Positions 12,865 to 23,876 of a stretch of 64,000 nucleotides of DNA are shown piece after piece. The position numbers and the translations under genes are program-made. Each line of letters opens with the position of its first letter. Within the stretch, counting starts at the first letter, position 1. Location of the stretch: NCBI RefSeq assembly GCF_001194135.2, contig NC_068982.1:174721727-174785726 (forward strand). The letters run 5' to 3'. The notes beneath the pieces were generated by a model that was not told the origin of the DNA, did not search any database, and saw only the letters and a program-made list of their open reading frames with translations. This DNA is from Octopus bimaculoides (lineage: Eukaryota).

Positions 12865-14031
12865 GTAAGGATGTCTATACCAACCTATTAGTTAATGGAT
12901 TATGAGCCAAAATGATTTAAGCTATAAGGCATTAGATTACTAGCTCATAGATCAAGAGTTCAAAGCCATCACAGGTATTATGTTGTGTAGATGGCCAGTA
13001 CAATTAATTCTGCATGTGTGTATCAGATCACCTTGTTGTTGGCAATAGATAAGCAAATTTGTCTGGGTATTGTATCAGAGGTCAGATTTATCTTTCATTT
13101 GCATGATACCGTGAAATTAAAACAAAGCATCTGCTGATGCGCTCTTTGGACTTTGATATTCATAGCAAAACAAAAAAAGAAAAAGACCTAAAGAGGGAAG
13201 GAAGAGTGTTGTAGTAAAATGAACAATATCATCATCATCATCATCATCATCGTCTAACATCCTCTTTTCATGCTAGCATGGGTTGGACAGTCTGACAAGC
13301 TGAACGGTTTGCAGGAACCTGCACCGTGCTTCTGTGTCTGCTTTGGCATGGTTTTTATGGCTGGATGCCCTTCCTGATACCAGCCACTCTGTAGAATACC
13401 CAAAGCAGATGCAAGTCACTATGTAAATCTATTCATTTAACTCTTTGAAAGATGGCATCCTTTTACTCATGTCATGTGCACATTTTTATTGTTGGTGATA
13501 ATATAGGTTGATGATTGTTCTTCTTTCAAATCATCTGTCATAGATGGATTTAGTTCAACACTACAAGCTAACAAAACATTTAGCTTTCATAAACTATCCC
13601 CACCTTTTGCAATGATGAATTCCATTATCCACGTAACTGATACACTACCGAATGGTGTAAGCCAGTGAAAACTAGGTATGTGATATCCACACTATGACTG
13701 ATAGCAACATGACCTGCTGCAATTCTGTTCCTTTGCTTAATGGCAGCTATTCTGTTTATGTCAGAAACTTTTCTATGTCTATCAATGTAACTATTGAATC
13801 AAACTCTGTGATGCTCAGGCACTACATTGTTTCTGTAGCCAGTTTGATATTAGGGAAAATATGAATTTCTAAGCCATCCTCTTTAGATATCTTAAGTAAT
13901 ATAAACTTTAAAAAATATAACTAGTTACTCTAAGCTCTGTCCCATGAAGCCAGCTCAAACAAAACTAACTGAAACTAATTCAATTCATCACTTCTAATAT
14001 ATTAAAACTGATAATTTTTCTCTTGTTACAG

Positions 14032-14170
14032 GTGCCTGATAGCAGCGGAAACTACAATCTAATTGACACAGTAGTCGCTTCTGTATCTTCTCCAGGAGAT
14101 TTATTTACCGACTTTAGTGATTTTAAATCATCGGCTTCTCAAAATGGAGTCACGACCGATATAGCTTCTA
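14032..14170 (+). CDS. CLINT1: CLINT1 coding exon (phase 0 to 1)
   Basis: ttttctcttgttacag acceptor, GTAAGT donor at 14171. Encodes VPDSSGNYNLIDTVVASVSSPGDLFTDFSDFKSSASQNGVTTDIAS, with a DLF/DFxDF motif as in CLINT1 DLFGGFADF. Confidence 0.92.
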
Positions 14171-14442
14171 GTAAGTATTACTATTATTAAATTACAAAGC
14201 TGTATTTTCCAGGGTGGTAAATTGGCAAAATCATTTGAGAATTGAAGAAAATGCCTCATTGTATTTATTCTACCACTTTACATTCTGAATTGTAATTGCT
14301 CCATAGTCATCTTTCCAGCTTTGATAAAATAAAGTACCAGTCATGTACAGAGGTTGAGGGTACCAACTAACATCCTCTCCCAAAATAGTTTCTAATATAG
14401 GCCTGGTACCTATGATAGAAACAATTATTATACATATTTTTC

Positions 14443-14851
14443 AATGCCACTTTCATGTTTATTACTAAACTTCTAAATTATTAGCACTCTTCATCATCAT
14501 CATCATCATCATCGTTTAATGTCCGCTTTCCATGCTGGCATGGGTTGGACGGTTTGACTGAGAACTTGCAAGCCAGGAGGCTACACCAGGCTCCAATCTG
14601 ATCTGGTAAGGTTTCTACAGTTGGACGCCCTTCCTAATGCCAACCACTCTGAGAGTGTAGTGGTTGGCATTAGAAACCTTGCCGAATTAGATTGGAGCCT
14701 GGTGTAGCCTCCTGGCTTGCCAGTCCTCAGTCAAACCGTCCAACCCGTGCCAGCATAGAAAGTGGATGTTAAACGATGACGACAATGATGATGATGATAA
14801 TGAGAGCTAATAATAATTTAGACGTTTAATAATAAACATGTAAGTGACATT
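14443..14851. repeat. About 410-bp imperfect palindrome made of an RTE-tail repeat plus flanking DNA
   Basis: Arms meet at CTAATGCCAACCACT-ctgagagtgt-AGTGGTTGGCATTAG (loop 14649-14658); mirror symmetry continues about 50 bp beyond the (CAT)n/(GAT)n tails. Confidence 0.9.
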
Positions 14852-15032
14852 CACAAGTACAAACTTTGACATCAGAACTATAGTGCAGCCACACCTGCTA
14901 TGCTACTTACCTTGTCTTCTTAGCAAAACTCATGCACTACTCTCTCTTCACAGTTTAGTAGCAGCATTGAGACATATATAAATCTGTGAAAATATTTACT
15001 TCAATAACCTATCTAAATAATTAGATTGGCAC

Positions 15033-15835
15033 ATCATCATCATCATCATCATTATCATCCAGTATTTTAAATTCAGGTTTTGTCCGCATTAACGAGGGTG
15101 GCTGGATCTATCTCAATGCCATAGCAACTGCCCTCACCCTATCTTGCCATCATACCCAGTTTTGGGCGTCCTCCTTTTTCAAACCAATCCTCCCAATCTC
15201 CTCCCCTACCTGTTCCCGCCACCTTTTCCTTGGTCTACCTCACTTTCGCAATCCATTTACCTCAAACACAATCACCCACTTCAGAATATGCTTTTCATCC
15301 CTTCTCAACACATACCCATACCACCACACTCCATTTGCCCTTGCCAGCCATTCCACCGATTCCTCCAATCCCAGCATTCCCATCAAATCTTCAGTCCTCC
15401 TTTTATCAAACAGCTTCACCCCACACATTTCTCTCACCATTGCTCTCTCAGTCCTTCTCAAAATTACCATCTCTCTCTCTCTCTCTCTCAGACACCATGT
15501 CTCACTCCCATACAGCATTGCAGCTCTCACACAACTCTAATAGACCCTTCCTTTTATCTTTAATGAGAGCATTTTCCTATATAACAATACTCCACATTCC
15601 CTGAACTTCACCCAGCCAAGTTTCGCTCTTGCTGTCTCAGCTGCTTCACATCCACCACTTACATACACCCTATCTCCAAGATAACAAAACCTTCTTACCA
15701 TTTCCACTTCATCATATAACATTTCTACTGGTTCAGCCAACCCTCCATCTCCTTTCAAACATCTTGCACAAACAAACTCTCTTGCCAGTCTTGGGGGTCA
15801 CCTTCATTTTTGTACATTTTCGTTTATCCTGTTGG
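15033..15835 (-). mobile_element. Degenerate RTE LINE 3' fragment
   Basis: Minus ORFs FCYLGD...GGCEAAETAR..LGWVKFRE...LKIKGRVY and AAMLYGSETWCL; (CAT)n tail near 15033. Confidence 0.85.
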
Positions 15836-16306
15836 AAGGTTTGACTCAAGGTAATAGAACACCACACTTATGGAATAAAACTGAGGTTCCTATTTCCAGA
15901 CAGCAAACTCCTAAACCCTACTGCATAATCTATTGTCTACTTATGTGTAGAATGAGTCAGAAAGAGTTGGGTGTCTTTGGAAGCGACAGATCTCAATACT
16001 GAGGAAGGGTATACAAACTGGCAGCCCTTTGTATCTCACTAACTCTGTCAGATATTACTCTGTGAAGTAAAAAGAAGAAATTAATATAAAACAAGTTGTC
16101 TGTTATTGGAGGAGATGGCAGCAAATGTCAGGTAAGATAGATAGGGACAGGGAGAAATAGATGAGGAAGTTGTGATAAGAGGTAGTGGAGCTGGTAGCAG
16201 TGAAAGATTGGAGAATAAAAGGAATAAAAAAAAAAAGTAACTCATACATGCACAAACACATTTACATGTATATATATATACATATATGTGTGTGTGTGTG
16301 TGTGTA

Positions 16307-16340
<34 letters not shown>

Positions 16341-17363
16341 NNNNNNNNNNNNNNNNNNNNNNNNNNNNNNNNNNNNNNNNNNNNNNNNNNNNNNNNNNNN
16401 NNNNNNNNNNNNNNNNNNNNNNNNNNNNNNNNNNNNNNNNNNNNNNNNNNNNNNNNNNNNNNNNNNNNNNNNNNNNNNNNNNNNNNNNNNNNNNNNNNNN
16501 NNNNNNNNNNNNNNNNNNNNNNNNNNNNNNNNNNNNNNNNNNNNNNNNNNNNNNNNNNNNNNNNNNNNNNNNNNNNNNNNNNNNNNNNNNNNNNNNNNNN
16601 NNNNNNNNNNNNNNNNNNNNNNNNNNNNNNNNNNNNNNNNNNNNNNNNNNNNNNNNNNNNNNNNNNNNNNNNNNNNNNNNNNNNNNNNNNNNNNNNNNNN
16701 NNNNNNNNNNNNNNNNNNNNNNNNNNNNNNNNNNNNNNNNNNNNNNNNNNNNNNNNNNNNNNNNNNNNNNNNNNNNNNACTGCCTTTCGTGTCGGTGGCA
16801 TGTAAAAGTACCCACTACACTTTTGGAGTGGTTGGCATTAGGAAGGGCATCCAGCTGTAGAAACTCTGCCAAATCAGATTGGAGCTTGGTGTAGCCATCT
16901 GGTTCACCAGTCCTCAGTCAAATCTTCCAACCCATGCTAGCATGGAAAGCGGACGTTAAACGATGATGATGATGATATATATACATATCGAGTTTATAGC
17001 TAGTTATACTATTTTCCAGTAATGAGAGAGCAAGAGAGCTTTCATCAATTTTGTTGTATAAGATTCCAAGAAATGAATAGAGTATGGTCATCATTGCACG
17101 AAATCTAGAGAAAAGAACCTTGTACTTTTGAAAACAGTATTGGGATATTACTCAAGAAACATATCTCCCCACCTCTCTCTCTCTCTCTCTTTCTCTCTCT
17201 CTACACACAATACTGGTGAAGAGTATAATGAGCTATAAACTCCATTTTAAGGAGAGTAGAGTGGTGGTGAAGGAAATAAGTTATAATACATATATACAGA
17301 CATGCATGGTAGCAACCCATGCTACCATGGAAAAGGAGCTGTGAAAAAGTACGGAAACACATA

Positions 17364-18230
17364 TGAGGTATGTTCAAAAAGTATCCAACTTTATATTTTC
17401 CTGCCAAAACTAATGCTGTGTGAACAAAATCTTTTGGGTGGAATGTGATGCCACCCTCCTTGTTCATGCAGGAAAATTTCCATGCTAGTTGGCTGCATCA
17501 GCTCCCTGAGTACAGACATGTAGTGCATGTTATTCAGATTTTCATTTTCACCGAACGGAGATCTTGCATCAAGTTTTGCCAAAAGCAAAGCTTAGTGATA
17601 ATTAAGCTCAGACTATCCAGAAGAATCAGCAGCTCTGTGGCAATGATGTCATGGGTAAAACTCAGATCAAGGAGTGGTAAAACTGCTTCAAACATGGTCA
17701 CACTTCAGTGGAGAATGACGCACACTTAGGCAGGGCCATCCACAAGCTGAAATGAGGAGCTGATTGAAAAGGTTCAGCAATTTAGGGATTTACTCATGCA
17801 GTGGGAATAAGCACAGCATCAGTGCATTCCATTTTAATGGAGGATTTGTGCATGCAGACATGTAGTGCATGTTATTCAGATTTTCATTTTCACCGAACGG
17901 AGATCTTGCATCAAGTTTTGCCAAAAGCAAAGCTTAGTGATAATTAAGCTCAGACTATCCAGAAGAATCAGCAAAATTTGTCCCCAAGCAGCAGAAGCAA
18001 CTGTGTGTGTGGAATTCATTCAGGACATGCTGGATAGTGCAAACCAAGATTCAGACTTCATGCAGACTATCATAGCTAGTGATGACACAAGGGTTTATGG
18101 TCTTTACTCGATGCATTCAGTCATCTTGCATGAAAACGAAGATCTGATGAGCACTCACTACATGTCTGTACTCTGGATGTTACAATCAAGAACTGACATA
18201 GCTTAGGGATGAGAAACTTTTTACACCTGT
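17364..18230 (+). mobile_element. Mariner derivative with internal duplication
   Basis: TA + gaggtatgttcaaaaagtatcc end; peptides CIKFCQK and DFMQTIIASDDTRVYG (compare ITGDETWVY); about 120-bp segment near 17511-17634 repeated near 17855-17974. Confidence 0.75.
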
Positions 18231-18437
18231 GCAAGAAGGATGACGTCACCTCCCAACCATAGGATTTTGCCCATACAGCGTTAGTTTTGGTGGGACAAAA
18301 TAAAGTTGGATCTTGTGTATATCATGTGGTTGATCTGAGAAAGAAAAGAAAATGTATTTCTTTCTGTTAAATATTGTGAATTGCTTAAACCTACACTTCT
18401 TTTGCAATTTGTTTCATTCACAATTATTTCTTTCTAG

Positions 18438-18507
18438 GTAATTCTAATGGTGAATTTGGTGAGTTTTCTGCTTTTCAAGGAGTTGCAGCCACCAGTGTAA
18501 CATCATC
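18438..18507 (+). CDS. CLINT1: CLINT1 coding exon (phase 1 to 2)
   Basis: tttctttctag acceptor, GTGAGT donor at 18508. Encodes SNSNGEFGEFSAFQGVAATSVTS (compare CLINT1 GNGDFGDWSAF). Phases match both neighbours. Confidence 0.92.
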
Positions 18508-20201
18508 GTGAGTTACACTAACTTACTTTTATATCAAAACTTACTTTTATATTAATAAAAATTTTGTTAGTTTACAAAACATATTTTATAGATACACTAA
18601 CAAATTGTGGCTCTTTGTCCAGTGTAAGAAATTGTTATCTTGGATCTTGGAGTTAGATACTTTATAATATTTTGTCTCACACCTCCACACTTTAACTTTG
18701 AGTCCTGCTGTGATTAACCTTGCCTTTCATTACTACACCCTTGAAAATCATATTATGCAGCTACACCCAACATCCTTTTGTTCTTACAAACAAGTGATTT
18801 TGTACCCATGTAATAGAATATGTAAAAAGTTATATTAGTTGTTCGTTAAAAAGGCAATTGTGCTCCAGACACATATTTCTTCACTCTGTCTAACAAGAAT
18901 AGGATTAGGTTTTTGTTTAGTGCATTTCAGAAAGTAACAGCTCCTCTTATAAAGAACTTTATACATATTTTTAAGACCTATCACTCTTTTGTAACAACCC
19001 TTGTTACTTGGTTTGTACATTTTATGCCAAGTAGCTGTAGTTGTTGCTGATATTTCTGCAAACACTCTGTACACTCATGATTATCGCTGATTAAACAGAA
19101 ATAATTAAAGGCCTTCCAACTATGACCATCCAATCTTTCATTTTAGGCATAGTATATTTAAGACTACATTGTCAAATATGTTTTCCTTAAAAAAAAAAAG
19201 ATGTGATTTGAGGAATACTTCATTGTCATTTCCAGTAAGTTGAGTGACTACATGGAGGTTTACTCATTCGCTTAAGTAGCTGAATATACTCAGCAACCAC
19301 AATTTGTTAATACTAACCAGCTTGAGACTGCTTCTTGTTCTTTGATACTGAAACTCTTGACTTTAAGCTTAATAAATCATATGAGAATAGCTTTAGGATT
19401 GTTAGAAGTTAGCACAGGGTAGTTTATGTTGGTATGCTATGTTACAACAAACTTCAGCATCTTGAGAGAAAGAATGATAGCTGTATGGATATTACCCAAA
19501 ACAAATAGTGTAAGATGGTTATCTTCTATAACAACAAACCATATTTTAATAATTTCTGAAACTAATAGATTACTATGGTAAATTAGGTGTCGTACTTTAA
19601 GTTCAGTGATTAGTAGTTTAAACTGTTTATGTATATATTTACTTTTTATTGCTCATAAAAAACGCCCAAAATAGCAACATTGTCTACATGGGTAAACCGA
19701 TACAGGAAACGTTGACTAAGTTATTCTTATATTACAAACATGAAACTAATTGAAATACTTAAATGAATTACCTCCCTTGAATATTTCGAATTCGTTTTAA
19801 TGTTAACAATTTCAGAAGATATATACATCCCAAGATTTCTTCCTATTCCTTTCAAATTCCAAATCGAAGAGTTTCTCATCAGGCCCTCGTTGAAATTACA
19901 AATTCGATTTTGAAAATATTTTTTTTCATAGGTAACTGACTGAATTTTAGGGTTTGGAAACAAAAATGACTCATAACAAATAAATAGCTAAAAAGAGCAT
20001 TGTTTACTAAGAATAATGAAACTTATCATTGTTTGAGCATTTATTTTATGTATAGTCTGTGGTTAGCAAAAAAAACCAAATCAGTTGGGGTATATTTTTA
20101 CATCCATTTATGTTTTGAGTCCAAATCTTTCCCAAGTCAACTTGGTCATTCTGTGATTGAGAAAATATTAGTGAGCTTGGTTAATTGTCTATGCTTTAGA
20201 A

Positions 20202-20285
20202 CAGTGGTTCCCAGCCTGTGGTCCATGGACCCCTGATGGTCTACAAAGGTAGTACCGGGGTTTCCAGAAACTAAATTCAAAATTT

Positions 20286-20330
<45 letters not shown>

Positions 20331-20696
20331 TTGTTTAAAAGAGTTCCAACACTGTCTGTTTTTTATGTTATATTAATATTCCTGCAGAACCAATGTGGGG
20401 TATAGAATATGGAATATACAATATATAATACAATATATAATATAAAATAAAATAAAATAGATGACACCATGAAATAAAGTATTGAATGTAGATGAAATAT
20501 TGAGTGTTCAATATAAAGGATCAAATATATAAATATAAGTATATAAAGGCGACTCGAGTTTCAGGGCTATTTCCTTTCGTCATGGCCGGTATATATATAT
20601 ATATATGCTTAAGGATAAGCATATTAAAAGGGGTCCATGAGAAAACTCATTTAAATAAAAAGGGGTCCTTGGTAAGGAAAAGGTTGGGAACCACTG
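20202..20696. mobile_element. hAT (Charlie-type) MITE
   Basis: TIRs CAGTGGTTCCCA(G/A)CCT; perfect 8-bp TSD CTTTAGAA (20194-20201, 20697-20704). Confidence 0.92.
20548..20591 (-). ncRNA. Hammerhead-like motif, second family, copy 2, inside a hAT MITE
   Basis: Minus strand taccggccatgacgaaaggaaatagccctgaaactcgagtcgcc; potential stem I GGC/GCC and GUC triplet; extra A in the core. Confidence 0.4.
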
Positions 20697-21328
20697 CTTT
20701 AGAAGATGAAGCTCTAGCATGATTGCAACCCAATGACAGCAACCAGTGAAGGAGTGAAAAAATATAAATATTAACTAATAATTGTTTGAGGTCTTTTTTT
20801 AATGACTGGTTGACATTATAGCAGTGGGCATGCATTCAGGTTACTCTGTCAAATGTAAATCTTATTTATTCACATTATTTTGAAGTAATCATGCATTTTC
20901 TTGTAACTTCAAAATTTCGATGATGTTAACGTTTATTTTTTAAATGACATTGTCGGATAGGTGTAAGAGGCTGGACCTGGCCAATTTGAACATAAAACAG
21001 TTAGATATTTGGGCTGGATATGGTTTGTTTAAATGTTAAAGGGGTAATGTGCATCACTATGTCTGCTTGTCCTTCAGTTATCCACTGTTACAGTTATATG
21101 CACATTGCAGTTCAACTTGAGGAATGGGCCATTCTGAAGCTGGACAGCTTCAGTTCCTTAGGATTTATTAGAGAAGTCCAAAGTTTAGATGCAACATAAG
21201 AATTTCTGCTGGGAGTTTTCTTTTATGTGTTTATGTGTGTTATGCCTGGGGCTATTTTCTGTTTTTCCATATGGTCTAATTTCTGGGGTTTTTTTTTTTT
21301 TGTTTTTTTTTTTATCTTTAAATTTCAG

Positions 21329-21581
21329 TTCACAAAGTAACTTTGCTGACTTTTCCAAGATGAACACTGCTGCTCCTCAAAATTCTTCTTCAGTCCAACC
21401 AGTTGTTGCAAGCACCACACCATCTGCTGATTTATATGATGTATTTAGTACCCCAGTTTCTAATCCTGCCAGTGGAGGCAGCATACCTCCAATGCAAGCT
21501 CCCAACCTTGCTTCTCCATTGAATCCTTCTGGGACATTAACATCACAGATAACCACTGGTTCAGCCATCAGCATGCAGACT
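21329..21581 (+). CDS. CLINT1: CLINT1 coding exon (phase 2 to 0)
   Basis: Long T tract + CAG acceptor, GTAAGT donor at 21582. Encodes SSQSNFADFSKMNTAAPQ...SADLYDVFSTP...SAISMQT; lies inside ORF 21189..21614. Confidence 0.9.
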
Positions 21582-22066
21582 GTAAGTACATTTTTCTCTT
21601 ATTTTACTAGTTAAACTCATTAGAATGTAGCATTTTAAGGGGTTTATCTGGTTATAACAACCCATTACTCTGTCTAGTATTTATCTTATTAATCAAAATT
21701 AAATGAATAGAAAGGGACGTAACCAAGCTGGAATTAAATACCATAAGGCTTTTTTTGACCAACATCCTGTTTCTCCCAGTTCGCACTAAATACATGGGCA
21801 CTGACTATGTGGTTAAAAAGTTCACTTCATAACAACATGATTTCATGTTCAGGTGGCAGGCTGGCAAAATCATTAGCATGCCAGACAAAATGTTTAGTGG
21901 CATTTCATCTGTTTTTTTTATATTCCAAGTTCATATTCCACCAAGGTCAACTTGCCCTTCATCTTTTCGTGGTCAATAAAATAAGTACCAGTTGAGTACT
22001 GGGATCAGTGTAATCAATTATCCCTGTCTCCCAAAATTTCAGGCCTTGTGCCTTTAGTAGAAAGGA

Positions 22067-22110
<44 letters not shown>

Positions 22111-22664
22111 GAGTGAGAGAACAGTGCATGCCATCAAAGTGACACTGGGGTAAAATATACAAAGCCCAGTATACCCATCAGGACTACCCGTCTGATAAGG
22201 GTACATCAGACACATGCATCACAACCATATGTGCATGATATGGTGATCTCATATCAAGATAAACAGCGCATGACCTTGCCGGTGGGGCCCAGTTAGAATT
22301 TTCTTCAGGTTGAGTAGCCTATCCCACTCATAAGGTCCCTGAATAAGGGTTGTTTAAGAATGTTGAATGAAACACCCATGTTTCCAAAGGGAAATTATCC
22401 AAACTCCAAAGAATTCCTCTCAACACATGTCTATGATGCTTCCCCACAACTTCTGCTTGTGATCAGAGATGTACATATCGTCAGCCACCAAGGGACATGC
22501 TCAACTGGTTAAGGTCAAACAACCGACAAGCAAATCTGTGGTATCGAGCAGAATATTTGCTGGAGCCCATCTTTTATACCAAGACAAAACAATGTACATG
22601 ATAACACTTCCAGTCAGTTAAGATCAGAAGCAATGAGAGCCACTGCCTGATACTGCATCAGAGC
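22111..22664 (-). mobile_element. SINE-like repeat family C (about 550 bp) with (AAT)n tail; truncated second copy 37701-37877
   Basis: gagtgagag(a)...gtgcatgccatcaaagtgacact... shared by both loci, each abutting an (ATT)n tract. Confidence 0.7.
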
Positions 22665-23264
22665 ATTTATTATTATTAGTTATTATTATTATCGTTGTTG
22701 TTGTTATTATGGTGAGCTGGCAGAATTATTAGCATCTCAGGCAAAACGCTTAGTGGCATTTCATCCGTCTTCATGTTCTAAGTTCAAATTCTGCTAAGGT
22801 TGACCTTGCCTTTTATCCTTTCAGGGTCAATAAAATAAGTACCAGTTGAATACTGGGATCGATGCAATCAACTTACCCCCCACTCCACCCCAATTGCTGG
22901 TCTTGTGCCAAACTTTGAAATTATTACTATTATTAAGAAAAAGAAGAAAAGGCGAACAACTGGCAGAATTAAGAGAGCACCAGACAAAATGTTTTGCAGT
23001 ATGTGATTATGTCCCTTTAAATTCTGCCAATCAACTTTGCCTTTTCATATTTCTAGTGTTTATAAAACAATTACTTTACCAATATGCAAATATCCAGATG
23101 TGTGAACTATGCTTCTTTATGTAAAATTAGGTAAATAGTTTAAAAAGAAAGCACTTCTGTAAGCAGCAAAGAAAATTATCCTCCAAAAAATTTAGTGATT
23201 TCTTTTAATAATGATAGTAACAATAATGTGTATCTCTTTCTTTTTTTCTGCTTTTCTTTTCCAG

Positions 23265-23327
23265 TTGAGTGGGATGAGTTTAGGAACCAGTACCGTTCCA
23301 ATGCAAGGAATTGGTATGATGCCATCG
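23265..23327 (+). CDS. CLINT1: CLINT1 coding exon (63 nt, phase 0 to 0)
   Basis: Strong pyrimidine tract + CAG, GTAGGT donor at 23328. Encodes LSGMSLGTSTVPMQGIGMMPS, which fits the Met/Gly-rich tail. Confidence 0.85.
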
Positions 23328-23876
23328 GTAGGTATTTGATCCAGCATTATACTACATCCACGTACTTATGCATACACTGTCACCTTGAAAATATGAACAA
23401 CAGTAACGTTCTATTTTAGAGCAAATATACTTTGAAAAACATCTTTCTTTTCAAAGAACTTTTTCAATTAACACCCACTGATTTAAACCATCCAGGAATA
23501 TACATTTTGGTTATTCATCATCATCATCATTATTGTTATCATTGTTTGTCATCTGTTTTCCCTGCTGGCATAGGATCAACAATTTGACAGGATCCAGCAA
23601 GCCACGAAGTTTTGTTGAGCTCCAGTATCATCTTTGGCATGGTGTTTACAGCTGGATGCCCTTCCTGATGTCGACCACTTTACAGTGTGTACTGGCTGCT
23701 TATTTTCATGCCACCAGTTTGGTACTTTGATTTTTTTTTTTAAGAGAAAAAAAACTACATTATGTGATGTTAAGTGTGATATTGTTTGCTGCTTATTCTC
23801 AAGTGCTATTGTTTTACTTCAAGTGAAACTTTAAATTTTTAAACACACATGTACACCCGCATGCACATATATACAT

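Noticed and set aside
16081-16894. Long ORFs in the track here and at 27326-28402 and 55878-56963
   Set aside because: They consist of N gaps and (TA)n repeats.
19870-19885. Minus-strand CTGATGA-GAAAC, resembling a hammerhead core
   Set aside because: No stem II between the motifs and no GUH or stem I; likely chance.
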